Below, one piece after another: positions 1 to 13,200 of a DNA stretch of 64,000 nucleotides. Source of the stretch: Podarcis filfolensis (taxonomy: Eukaryota); assembly GCA_964270895.1 (NCBI GenBank), contig OZ185442.1; one strand, 5' to 3'. Below the pieces are notes generated by a model that saw nothing but the letters and a program-made list of their open reading frames with translations, had not been told where the DNA came from and searched no databases. Numbering within the stretch: the first letter of the stretch is position 1; each line of letters starts with the position of its first letter. The translations under genes and the position numbers were made by a program.

Positions 1-1122
1 GAAATTGAGTGAGTTCAGTTTCCTTATTTCTCAAGCACCCCCACCAGCCCTTCAATGAGAGAAAGAGCCTTCAGCCTGGTAAGGAAATCTCCCAAAAGGA
101 GTCCTGCCAAAAGCAACTTTCAGACACAGGAGTCTAAAATTACCCTGGAATCACACAAGACATTTGTTGGCACTTGCTGTTGGAACCTTCCCCCCACCCC
201 CCTACAAAGTAACATTGGCCAAGGAAAACAGATTCCGGTGGGGAGGGGGAGGCTCTAAACCCACTTCAAGCGTCTCCTTTTTGTTGTAGGCCTGCTTGAA
301 TCTGGTGATTTGATCTGGAAAGTATGTGTGGGGTAACCTCCTTTACTGAGCTCAGCACAGGCGGCAAGGCATACTGGCGCTCTGCCATCCTAAACTTTTT
401 GCCCCACTGCTCCGCTTACCAGATCCTTCTTCAAGGCTTTGAGCACAGCCTAGGGAAGGCCCCTTTCGGCTGGCTGTGACTGCTGCCTCCTGCACAGCAC
501 AGAGCAGAACAGGCAGCCGTTGGCTGTGTTTGCCCCAGATTGGGGTGAAAAGGGAAGATGAATTCATTGATTGGATGAGCTTCTGGACCAGGAAAGGTCT
601 CTGTGCAAGCTTGCCAGTCATCTTGTCAGCAGGAGTAATGGGTGGTGGGGGTGGTAGCAGTTGTGGCAGTGCAATCAAAAAAGTGTCCACACTACCTTCT
701 CCACCTACACTAGTTCTCAGATATTTAGATGTTTCCAGGGCAGACTGAGATGCTGCTGGGTGTGAAATGAACTTTGAGGCAGCCTGGCAAGCCATGCAGC
801 CATTCACAAGGAGAGCTTCCTTTCCCACTCCCACAAATCCAACCAGAAGAGAGGACACCAGCAGCTGCTTGGTGCATCCTGATCAGAAGGGAAGTGAAGC
901 TCTTGGAGGGCAGTGGGACATTGGCATCTGTTCTCTGCCCTGCCACATGGCTGTGCAATGAGCTGGTGCCCTCCTCTGTCACCCCATCACCCTCCAATGT
1001 CCTGGAATCTTGGGCCTTTGTTTGAGTCACAGCATCTCAGGGATTTAAGCAGTACCCACAGTAGCAGGTTGTAAGAAACTGGAACTCCAGCTGATGATGC
1101 CTGGGCCATGCTTCCCTTTCAG

Positions 1123-1261
1123 AGATGCGCTGGAGGCAGCTGTTGCGCTTTACAATGGAGTGGACGAGGGCATCCATCAGCTGGTGATGATGTCAAACAA
1201 GCGCATCCAGGCCCTGGAGCTGGTGATAGACTTTGGAGCCTTTGAAGAAAGCTTCCGGGAG
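1123..1261 (+). CDS. PLEKHG4: PLEKHG4 coding exon ([36 protein letters not shown])
   Basis: ctttcag acceptor, GAG|gtttgt donor, open frame; peptide resembles the PLEKHG4/4B spectrin-like region. Confidence 0.85.
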
Positions 1262-4200
1262 GTTTGTTGACATTTTTCTGGCAGCTCAGATGGATTTACA
1301 ACCCAATCCTTTTAACTGCTGTGCTGGCCAACTATGCACAGTCAGGCTCAGGGGTTGGTGTTGACAGTGAAGCAGAACGTCCACTAAACAGCACCTGGGA
1401 TGGCTGAAATTAAATCTTGACGGGGCTGAAATAGTGGTGATTGGCAGGCCTTGGGCCAATGGGAGTTTCTTTCACCTCCTTTGGCCACTTAGTCTTGTAG
1501 CCTGGGGTGAGGTTAATTGGGTGTGATCCATCACTGGAGCAGGTTAACACCACTTGTTAAGAAGGCTCTGGCATTTTAGAGATTGGTAGATATATGTTCA
1601 TTCTGCATCCTGTTTGGACTCATGCTTTCTGTTATTGGAAGAGCAGTGGGACAAGGCCTTTCCCTGGGGCTTGGCAGGTAAGGCTCCCAAAAATGTCCAC
1701 AATATAAGGACTGTGCTAGGAGCATGAGCAGCAGCATCTAGGAACTCCAGGAGCAATGTGAAGTGCCACAATTGCACCGTCCCTGGAGTCAAGAGACCTC
1801 ATACTCAAAAGTGTTGAGCAAAGAGCTCCAGAGCCCGCCCTCTGTCGTGACAAGCATGGATTTACTCATTCTAAGTATTTTTATGTAGCCAAGTTCTCAA
1901 GGCAGCTTACAACACAAAACAGGATAAAAATAAACAACATGAAAAGAGATCAAAATCTGAAAGTAGCACAGAATCACATGGCAGAGATTAAAAATAATAA
2001 TAATCTAGAAGGCTAAATGATTGAGAGGAGAGGTGATTCCCTTAAGTGGGAGGTGGAGGTGGCACCACTCTTTCCCTGGTAGACCAAAGGGCGGGGTGAC
2101 TCCCATTCTTTCCAGGAACAGGAGTGTGTGGTTTTGCTCTCTGAAGGCGGAGAGGCTTCTTCTTGGCCTTGATCTACCTTTTTGCCTCTTGCAGGTCAGC
2201 AGATGGATGGAGAATGTTGGTCAAACACGGCTCACGGAGCTGAGTGAGCTGGATGGTTCTTTGGAGGTCTTGCTTAAAGCACAGAGGCAGTTCCAAGACT
2301 TTGAGCTCGTTGCAAGTGTAAGTCCTCTCCCGACACTCTCCACGCAAATCCACAGGCTGGCTGCTTTGTTTAGAGGCAAACACTTTTTCATTAATATATC
2401 ATATTCCAAGGCTGAGCAGTGACATGAAAAGAGGTTCTGGGGCTAAGCCCTGAAGAACCTTGGCTCAAAGAAAACTTGCATTGTACATTGGTTGTGCCTC
2501 AGTGAACTTTAGGATCTGCAGGCAGGACTCTGCATGGGCAACTGCAGTGGGTCCTCACTGGAGACTGGGAGTCTCCTGATTTTTATATGCATATGTGCAC
2601 ATACATACCTCAGAACCAGTGATGGAAAGATCTGTCCACTTTAGCTTTCTCAGGGTTTATCTGCACATCCATTTGTTCCATGTTCTTCTGCTTGTCACAG
2701 TGCAGATTAGTACTGCCACAAGTTTTGTGCGGGATTCTGTGTTCCCATGCCACATCTTCCTCCATGCTATTTCAAGGAGGCATCTCTGAAAGAGGCGAAA
2801 GAGGAACACTCGCACAATGTGCCACAAGGGAAAATGAGTGTTTTTCTGTTCAGGTGCCCAAAAAAGGATTGGATCAGAAGGGGAACAAATTTCTATTTGG
2901 CTTAAAGGGGTTTTTCTTTTGTTCCAACACAGCAATAAAAAGCATGGCTTATTTTGGGGTTTTGTTTTGTTTTGCATTTCTACATTGGGATATAAATGAA
3001 AAGCTTTTGGACAAGTGTTACTGATTTGATGCAAATTCTAAGAAACCGCAGGGCAAACGGAAGTGTGAACAGGCCCTTACTTTGTCATTTTTCCAATCTC
3101 AGATTCAGTTCTCCACATTTCTGCAGCAATTTGCATTAAAAAAATATTAATGGACATTCTTCAACATTTAGTGCAAATATATCCTAATAAATACATTATT
3201 AAATGCAGTTTAGACTAATGCACACATTTTTGTGAGCGATTTCTTTTAACAAAATGCCCTTTTGTATGTTATTTTTTACTAATATAGTCCACATTTATGT
3301 GCCCTTTCTCCTCATATATGCATATATGTAAACACTGATTGGAGAACTGCAGCACAACATTTAGATAAGTGTGAATGTCAAAGGATTGTTCTGTGTTTCA
3401 ATTCTCATAACAATTTGGAAACTGCAGGTATGATTGATTTGGCTTTAAATGTCAACTGAATCAAATTTCTTCTCCATTGCTGCTCAGAACTCATATTTTT
3501 TTCCTTCCAACAGTGTTGGAGTGGAAGTTGTAGGACACCATTCCCCCTCCCTTACTCCAGTTTGTATTGCAGTGTTCTCAGAGATTTTGCTTGCGATGGC
3601 ACTGAAGACTCTTGGCAGCAGTTAAAAGGGCTGTTGTGAATGTCATGAGATTTTGACAAACATTCTAACTTCTAGTAGAACTGAGAAAAAAAATACAGTA
3701 AGAGTAAGCAGCTGTGCAAGCAACGGTAAGCAATGCTGCGCAGCTAGATTCAGCAGGAGAAACAGTAATAAGACGTTAGAGAGGACGTTTGAACAATATA
3801 GAGGAAACTATGCACTCTAGCCAAGTGATAAGAGAGGTTACATCACCACCTACTGTTAGAGCAGGCCAGTTACACCCTTAGTCGCCTTTGACTGTACTTA
3901 ACCATCCAGGGGTCCTTTACCTTTTTACCTTACACCCTTAGTAACTTGTCTCTCCAACATTAACCCCTGAGAGCAAGAAAAAAACCAGCTATCGAATACT
4001 TGCAAATAGTCTTCTGAAAGGGAAATGAGAAGTACGTTAAGGAGGGATTGAAACCTTCAAAAGACTTCCCCCTAGCGGGGAAACTAGGAACTGGGGCTGA
4101 AGTGCAGCAGAACTTGGAGCTGTGGGGCAGCCAAGCCAGCACTAGGAGAACAGAGCAAGCGAGGCAGTGAAAAATGTCTTGGGGACAGCTCTCGTCTCTA

Positions 4201-7200
4201 TTCAGGAATGGAGGTTTCCCCTGCATTTGCAGGCCCTATGCCTGGGTGGCTTAGCTTCTTGTGAGGAGGAAAGATGAGATGGATTTTGGCAGGAACATTT
4301 CTTGCCTGCAGTGCTGTGGGATATACACACTGGCTGCCTCTTATTTTTCTTTGTCATGTACCCCCAGTCCTCCACACACATGCACATTGCTAGGCAAAGG
4401 GCCCATAGTGCTCCCCTGATCTTCAGGACTACAACTTCCATCATCCCTGATCTTGGACATCTAGGGCTGTTGGGAGTTGTAGTCTGGAAAGGCCACTTTC
4501 ATGCATCTCTGTCCCATGTTGAGACCCCCTCAGCTCAACCCACCTGGTCTTTGGCCACATTTTACAGCCTTTCCAGAGGTTGGTGAGTCATGATGATTCC
4601 ACCAGGCAGGCCTATATGACCAGGGCTGGTCCTCATGCCAAGAAAGGTCCCAGGACCACATTGGAATAGTCAGCTTAATCAGCCTTCAGGATCTTTGCAA
4701 CACCAGGAGAAGCTGCATGTATCCGCCAGAGGCGATGCAATGATTTGCTGTTGGGCTTTGTTTCCAGGAATATTGCCGAAGGGGTTGGGAATCTCTGAGA
4801 GAGATGAACAAGTGGGAAGATGCTTCTTCTGCTGAGCTGCACACAGGGTGTCGTGTCAAGTTGCAGATGTACAGAACCCAGTTCCAGAGGTTCTGCAACC
4901 AACTGGAGGCCAGCAGGAGCCGGATAGGCCAGACCATCAAGCTGTATGAATTCTTTGACCAGGTGAGTTCTGTAGAGGGAGACAGATGTCCCCTAATGTA
5001 ACTTCTGTTCAGATTCACTGCCATGCTGTGGCTTGCACTCTCTCTCTCGGTGTCTTAGCATACGGCATTTATTTGCCACAGCAGAAGTTGAGCTTAGTCA
5101 TGGATCCTTGTTTGGATGCTTTTTAGCCTGAAAGCAATCACAGCGAGACTTTGAGTATGAAAATAAGAGAGCTATGTTTATTATAGGACATGCATGCTTG
5201 ATAGCTGGAATTGGGAACTCTTTCCTAAGGGCTCATTTACACTTCCTTTGACCTGCCACTTTCCCCTGCAAAAACCTGTGGCTTAGCACTGAACCAGAAC
5301 AAAGGGCAACTGGGTTTTCTGCACATTGCTCTTTGTTCCAATTTTGTGCGAAAGAGCGGGCTTTCCAGAGGAATGAAGCAGGACAAAGGCAAAACAGCTA
5401 CGACCTGTGCCTAGAAAGCCGGAGACAATCAGAAAATCACTTGGACTGTCTAGACACAGGACAAGCAGAAGTGTGGACGAACCCATACCCATGCCATCTT
5501 ACTGGCCTTAATAAGCTGAGTTGCATCCCAGCACTTCCAACAGGTTCAACAAAAGTCAGGCAGCTGACGCCCCTTCCCTGCTTCAAGAGAGATTTGGGAC
5601 AAGAGGTCATATTCTGTGTCTTGGCAAGTGGCTGGGTGGCTTTGAGGCTTCTCAGAAAACAGTCCTAATTTCTGTACTTAAAAAAGAAAAAGCAACATTC
5701 TTTGCCAAAGAATCACAGGTTACATTCCATAGTTCCTAATTCCAGTCATGGAAATGCATATGTCACTCACAGAGGCTTGATTCTTCTTGGCTGAATGTGT
5801 GAACTAACTGCCTTTGTTGAAAGTGATGGCATTTGAGTCCTGCCAGTAAAGTTTGATCTGTGGCAACTCATTCACCTGTACAAGCCACCACTGGTCGGCA
5901 AGCAGTTCAAATTCCTCAGGTTGGGGGTAGGTTATAATAGTAGTTGTTCTAAGTTCCTGGAAAGAATGGGAAACTGTGTATCTCCTATAAGCAAGGACAA
6001 AAGAGCACCAGGCACCCCTGTGAGGAGGTGGGTTGGGGGTGTTTGGGTTGTTTTGGTGCCTGTCTCTGTAAGAGCTTTTTTGCTTAGGCGCAGTAATGGA
6101 GTGCTGTCCCTCACAGGCCCTGGAGCCTCTCCTCCTCCCCCCACTCTTGTGCTGACTCCAACCCTTTTCTCCAGCACCCCCACCTGCCCCCTTCTTCCAT
6201 CTGGCACTTCAGCAGGGAGCATTTGCCTGTGAATAGGCTGGCTCTTTGACTGGAGCCCCCTCATTGGTTACTTTTGGGATTGGCTTTGGCTTTGGCTGCA
6301 GAGGAGGCAAGAGCGGGACTTCCATTGGGCTTTGCGCTTTTGGTGATTCACTCTGTGCTACAGAGCCTCTTGGCAGAAGGATGAAGGTATGCTGGAGCTT
6401 CTTTCCTTTGTCTTGCAGGGGGTTCATTTCTGAGGGGATACCATTTTTCTCTCTATCTGCTTGCGGGTGTCAGTAGGAGAAGAAAAGAAAGGAGACGCAG
6501 CCTCCCATGCAAAGTTAACCCAAATAGGAAGCAGAGGGGCTTGTTGTCTTTGGGGGAGTGTAGAGTTCACCCAGGATGCGGGAAGGCCTCCCCCCACTTT
6601 TTTTCCCCAAACTCTTGCCTTTTTTCTTGGCTGGTCAATTTCTTGTCTGTGATGAGGGAAGGCAAAGAGGGAGAGGCAGCTGGCACCCAGGAACAATCAT
6701 CCCAACTTTGACTGATAGAAAATGCTCTCCCTTGAAATTAGGGGTGGGGAACTTGTGACCTTCCAGATGTTGCATGGCCAATGATCAGAGATGGCGCTGG
6801 GGCCTGCAGCCCAACAACTTCTGGAGGTCCACAGGTGTTCCCTCTGTCTCAACATGAAAGGCTCAGGGCAGGCTATCTGCGCTTTCTTTTGCACCAAGTA
6901 TATAGATACTAAAAATATTTCCTAGCCAAGCATTGTCTTTGTTAATAAGTAAAAATATAAGGAGGCCTTTGGGTGAAGTATCAGTGTGGAACTCTGTTTG
7001 CTGGTGTATCTGCATGAGTAAAAGGAGAGGATGGGGACCACAAAAACTTCCTAGGCTGTCCTTGTGCTGACCTGTTGATCCTGCTTCTGTGTTAAACTGC
7101 TACTCTAAGGGCTGCTGACCTCACATCCTCTTCACCTTCCTCCTCCCAACTAAACATTAGGAAAAATGGTCTAACAGTAAGAGCTGTCCAACAGAGAAAC

Positions 7201-10200
7201 AGGCTGCCTCGGATGGTAGACTCTCCTTCACTGGAGCTTTTTAAACAGAGGTTGGGTGGCCGTCTGTCAGGAATTATCTAGCTGTGATTACTGCATTGCA
7301 GTGGGTTGGATTTGATGACCCTCAGGATCCCTTCCAACTCTGTGATTCTTATCTCTTTTGTGCCACGGAAACTGGAGACAGGGAGCATCAGAGTTGCAGA
7401 TGCAGCCTGGGCTTGCAGATGATTTTCCAGGCCCAGCTGGAAATGCATGTCTAATGAGGGAGCCTGGACACATCCCCTGCTCAGCCTGCTCTGTTCAAAG
7501 TGGCAGACACCAGACTCTTGGCATCTGCTCTTCTTTTCAGCCCACAACCCCCCCCCCACTTGGGGGCTGGCCTTGGAGTTCTCTGCATGTCTGCAGTGGG
7601 ACCAGTATTGTGAGCACAGGACTGGACATACCAAGGATATGCAGAGTTCTTTCATGAAGGCACTTTCTCTTGTAGGCCATGTTTTATTAGTCCCTTGTGT
7701 GGGATGCTGTCTCAGGCTGTAAAGGCCAGCCACTGGCTGGGAGATTATGGACCCCCCCTCCCCACTGCATCCTTTAAGCTCTACATTTATGAGCTCTATT
7801 GTGTTCAGGGTGGGGGCGGGGCGGTATATGCGATCACACTTTCAGTGCTGTTTGCTCCTGCAAAAGTTTTGAGGTGGGCAGACTGCTCAGTATGCCCTGT
7901 AGCTTCCTGTGGAAATCTTGTGACACAAATGTTCTGGGTGGGGGCGTTTCTGATCTACTTTTGCAGTGCTGCCCTCTAGACAACAGTACCAAAGCAACAC
8001 TTGGGAAAGCGTTACAGAACAGTTAATAAAGTGGAATAATACGTGGACTCTCCACATATGCTACAGAATGCACTCCCATCCTCCCAAAATACCCACTACA
8101 GTCTGGCAACCAAGATGGCATTCATGAGGACCTAAGCCCTGCTCAGCACTCCTTACTTTGTTTCTGGCAGGCTTTGGCCGCACTGTGCTCTGTTTCCATC
8201 TCCCACTTACATTTATTCAGAATCTGGTCCAGACTAGAACCAACCAGGCCTAACCTGGGAGAGGGGGTGAGGAACAACGAAGCCAATCATTTGAATGGAC
8301 GTGGGAGAGGCCGCACTGAAGCAGAAGAGACAGCCATAGGCTACTGCATTTCTCACCATCATGAGCCTCCAAAAGCCTTTCTTGGAAATTGACAAAAGGG
8401 GGTCACTTTTACTGGGATGTGAGGCAATGTTCTGCACTAGCTCTCACTTCGGAGTTGGTTGCAGGAGCAATCTTTGTTCCAATGCAGTTATGTCCAAATT
8501 GCGGCGTGCAGGGGGTCATGTTCTGCATTCACAGCTTGCCCACTTGTGCCATTCCTTCAGGCTGCATCCCTCCTTTGGCTTAGCCCTAGCCCTACTCCAG
8601 ATCTGCCAGAACTCTCCACATTCCCTCTGGGGACAGTTGTTTTCAGTTTGGGGCTGAGGCAGGGGTAGGCAACCTAAGGCCCGTGGGCCAGATGCAGCCC
8701 ACTCGCCTTCTAAATCTGGCCCGCGGATGGTCCAGGAATCAGCGTGTTTTGACATGAGTAGAATGTGTGCTTTTATTTAAAATGCATCTCTGGGTTATTT
8801 GTGGGGCATAGGAATCCGTTCATTCCCCCCCCCCCAAATATAGTCTGGCCCACCAGCCCACGGCTGAAAAAGGTTGCTGACCCCTGGGAGGATTCTATAC
8901 ACACAAGGCGCCCTCTGGTGGCTCCCTCTGACTACACCCCCCCAACACATACTGCTTTCTTGGTGGTGGTGGTGGAAGAGGGGGATACCTCTCTGGAATA
9001 ACTCCCCACAAATCTATTGTTGGGCAGAGTATTGGTGGGTGTGGGGCATTTTGGGACTGATCCTGTCACATTGATCTTCCCACTACAGGCAGCAGGCCAA
9101 TGCACCCCCAGCACTTTGCTTGAGGGCCTTTTCCAGTCTTGTGTCTTTGCTGTCTACGAGTCAGCCAGTGCCCCAGTCCTAGCCGTCCATGTGATACTTG
9201 ACACACATGATTGCGCACACAAGATTCTAGAGAAAAAGATGAAAATGGAGCAGGAGAGAAAAGGTGGGGTGGGGGGGCAAAGGAAGGCACATGGAAAAGC
9301 TTGATGTGGCTTGCAGACTGTGGACAGAGGAGAGGAGGGCCTTCCCCAGACAGCTCCAAGCGCCGCATTTCCTGGGAAGGGCCTGAGCAAGCCAAGCTGC
9401 TGCAGCCTCCATCGCAGCCTGGCAGCCGTGCTTGGCAGTCAGTCAGGCTGGTGGCAGGGCCTAGCCTCAGATAGAGAGCCTCTTGTTGTGGCCTAGCTGC
9501 AGAGGTCTGTGGACCCCACCCACCCTCCCTCCACTGATCGCTTTTTCCTTGTCCCACCCCTACAGGCCTACGAATGGGCATTGGAGGGCATGCGCCACCT
9601 TTCCAGCATCAGCACAGAGGAGGGCAGCTCCCTTGAGGATTGTGCTTCGGCTCTCAGGAGCCTGGAGAGTTACAAGAGACAGCACCCAGAAATCAGTAGT
9701 GCCAGATTCCAGGAGATGAAGGAGCTGGCATGCCAGCTGAAGAGCAGCCGTGCCCTGAAGCAATGGCAGCTAGCCTGGTCCAAGTGCCAGGAGACCATGC
9801 TGGGCTTTGAGATGAAGCTGGAAGCTGCCCTGAGGACCAAGAGTTCTCTGTGCCCTCCTGACTTGAAGCCATCGCCTGAGGGAGAGCTCAGCCAGGAGGG
9901 CAGGCTGCCTTTGGAGGGGCCACTCCCCTTCCGTCTCCCTGGGTGGACTGGGGAGCAGGTTGTGCTCCCAAGCCAGGTCATTCCAGAGGCTTCTAAGAAG
10001 GAGAAGGTCACCCTGGAGAGCATTGTGGAAGTCCTGGAGGCTAGACCCTCCCGCCCCTCCACCCCAGCCTCTAGCCAGCAGCCGTTCCCCAAAAGGCCCC
10101 TGAGGAAGGCCCAGAGTTTTGACCTGCCCTGCACAGAGGGACTGCGCTCTGGCTGCCAGCGGACTCTGAGTGAGCCAGCCCGTTACGGCAACACCGGCGT

Positions 10201-13200
10201 CTTCATCAAGGGGCTGGAAGTGAGCAGTACTGAGCATGTGGCCCGGCAACACCTTGGCCCAACCAGTTGGGCACCTGGCGGCTTGCAAGCGGAGCAGAGG
10301 ATCAGCCTCTCCATACCAGAGGCAAAGAGCTTGGGCAGGTAGGTATGGATGAGGTTGGAGTATCACCTGCTAACAAGTGGGGCTGTGGGCAGATCCAGTC
10401 AGAAGCCTGTTTAACAGCCAGTCCCTTTGGGACTCCTCATTCAGGGAGGTGGGTGTTCTCAGCTTGTCAACAATCTACAGCCGGGCAGTTAAAGTGGAGT
10501 AGCACCAGCATAAGTTTGTAGCGTAGATGTTCCCTGTTATTTAATTCTGGGGAGGGAGAATGGATCAGCAGGGGGAGTCAGCTGGCAGAGCAGTTGGCAG
10601 CTTAAGCATGGAGCACTGTTCAAAAAGGCAAGAAGAAACTGGTGGGGTTGGAGAGACATCTTTTTGGGCAGATGCAAATTTAAAATGCTTCAGGGATGTG
10701 TTTTTATCTGCAGCCATTGGGGAAGAGCTTGTTTTTCCAAGCAAGCTGGTAGGCTCTCCCTCTGGCTCCACAGACCTCGAAGAATCAAGGCGTCTTCTCA
10801 CCATCCTCCAACTTTGGTCCTGGCTTCCTCTCTTGCAGCAAACTGCGGCACATCATTGAGGAGATGGTGATGACTGAGCAGGAGTACGTCCGGTCCTTGC
10901 GCTACATCATTGAGAGCTACTTCCCTGAGATGGAGCGACTGGACCTGCCCCAAGACCTGCGGGGGAAGCGGAGCGTCATTTTTGGGAACCTGGAGAAGCT
11001 CTACGACTTCCACAGCCAGTACTTCCTGCGGGAACTGGAGAACTGCTGTAACCACCCGCTGCGGGTCAGCCACTGCTTCCTGAGACATGTAAGGGGCCTG
11101 GAGAAACTCGGGCAGGGCTGGGGAGGGGCTGGTTGCAGGGAACTTTGGTAGGTGGGCAGGCAGGCCTCAGGGTAAGGATTAGGGCTCCCAAAGGGAAATG
11201 CCCTTGAAATGCCCGTCCACAACACCAGTGTTTCTGGCTCTAGGCCCAAGGACCACTGCAGGAGCGGGAGGGAGAGGGAGAGGTGGTCAGGCAGACGAAC
11301 AAGGCCTGCTGAGAGGATTTTGCAAAGGGGAACAGGATAAAGGAGAGTCAGCAGGAGCACAAGCTGAAGGCCTCCAGGATGGGGCCTCCACTGTCTTCTC
11401 TGGACATGGCCTAGCCTGGGCCTGCCATCACCTTTGGAAGCATGAAGGTCTGCAGGCTTTTGTAGTGGCAGCGCTCTACTCTCCTTGAGGCCCAAGCTCT
11501 GTATTTTGTGCCTGTGTGCTTGTGGCCAATCCCTTGACAGAGTCTGTGGCCTCCCTTTGTGGGGGGCCTGTGTGCTTCTAACCCTTTTTGCAGAAAGATC
11601 AGTTTGGGATGTATGCTCTCTACAGCAAAAACAAGCCCAAGTCTGACTCGCTCCTGGCCAGCCGTGGGAACTCTTTTTTCAGGGTAAGTCCTGCCCCCTC
11701 CCAGCAACCCCTTCCAGGCGTTGGACTAGAGTGGAGCGGCCCTTGGTCTTTCTCTGGCTCCAGCCACTCAGCTCCGCTCTCCCGCTCTGGCCTCCAGCTC
11801 AAGCAGATGCAGCTGGGGGACAAGATGGACCTGGCCTCCTACCTGCTGAAGCCCATCCAGCGCATGAGCAAGTACGCCCTACTCCTGAAGGACCTGATCA
11901 AGCAGTGTGGGGAGGCTCAGGAGCAGGAGCTGGCCTACCTGCAAGCCGCCGAGGAGATGGTGCGCTTCCAGCTGCGTCACGGCAACGACCTCCTGGCCAT
12001 GGATGCCATCCGGGACTGTGATGTGAGTGGGCTGGGAGGAGGAGGGGGCAGGGGAGAGGAGCGAATTCCTGCCAGGAACAGCACCAGCTGAGCTCCTGGC
12101 TGCCTCTGCATCTCCTTGATCCCATGAAAAGGGATCTTGGTGCAGCAGTCTCACATCCTGGAGTGCAAGGCAGGCTAGAAACTGACTGCTCTGGGCAGGA
12201 GGAAGAGGGACTCTGGCATCAGAGGCCTGTCAGGCTGCCCTTGGCGACAGGGCACCTGCTGCTTGTCCCTGTGGCCCGCAGTCCTCTACTCCCGTGTACA
12301 ACTGACATCATCCCCCCAATGTTGCCAGTCCAGACCTTTTTGCAAATGAATGAATGGTTTCTGTGCCCAGGTGAACCTCAAGGAGCAGGGGCAGCTGGTG
12401 CGCCAGGATGAGTTCAGCATCTGTCTGGGCCGCAGGAAGTGCCAGCGCCATGTCTTTCTCTTCGAAGACCTGATCCTTTTCAGCAAGCCCAAGCGGGTTG
12501 AGGGGGGGCTGGATGTCTACATCTACAAGCGCTCCTTTAAGGTAAGGCTGCCCACTGCTGCTTGCGAGTGCTGCTGCCTCTCCAAGAAACTAAAATGGCA
12601 CCAGATAGGGAGGGGGATGCCTTCTTCACAGGCTGTGCAAGAGAAAACTTGGGGGAAGCACGATGTCACACATTCAGGCAGCCAGTTTTATCAGCTGCCT
12701 CAGGCAGACCTGCACGATTTTTGATACATCAAGGTGTGTGCATGCATTGCAACCAGATGCTCAGCTAGCCAGTAGGCAGTGGCACTAGGGTTTTTCTGGA
12801 GCCCACGTGCGGCTTGTGGGCTGTGTGAGTTGGAGGGCAGGGCTTTCACACCTTCATGTTCCCAAGTGCATCTTACGTCACCTTCCCTGTCAAGCTTACC
12901 AAGGCTGAACTTTTCAGAGTGAACCTCTTTCCCATTTGTAAGCACTAAATCACACCACACCACTGAGGTGGATCATCATGGCAGCAGCTCAGGAGCCGCC
13001 TCTGCCTCACCATGTATACCCTCAGCCCAGCATGTGACCCCAATTGCCTCCTGGCTTGCTGACTCACTTGCTCTGTCCCTGCAGACAGCAGACATTGGCT
13101 TGACTGAGAACTCCGGCGAGAGTGGGCTGCGTTTTGAGATCTGGTTTAGAAGGCGGAAATCGAGTGACACCTACGTCCTGCAGGCCAGTAGCCCCGAGAC

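Noticed and set aside
1-1122. Further upstream PLEKHG4 exon among ORFs 476-748, 767-961 and 774-1025
   Set aside because: No peptide resemblance to the expected preceding segment and no convincing phase-2 donor; the exon is probably upstream of the window.
9211-9474. 87-aa ORF just before the large PLEKHG4 exon as an alternative first exon
   Set aside because: It ends in a stop without a usable donor, and there is no CpG or promoter signature.
9560-10366. Long minus-strand ORFs (154 and 198 aa) opposite PLEKHG4
   Set aside because: Antisense shadows of a GC-rich coding exon; no recognisable protein.
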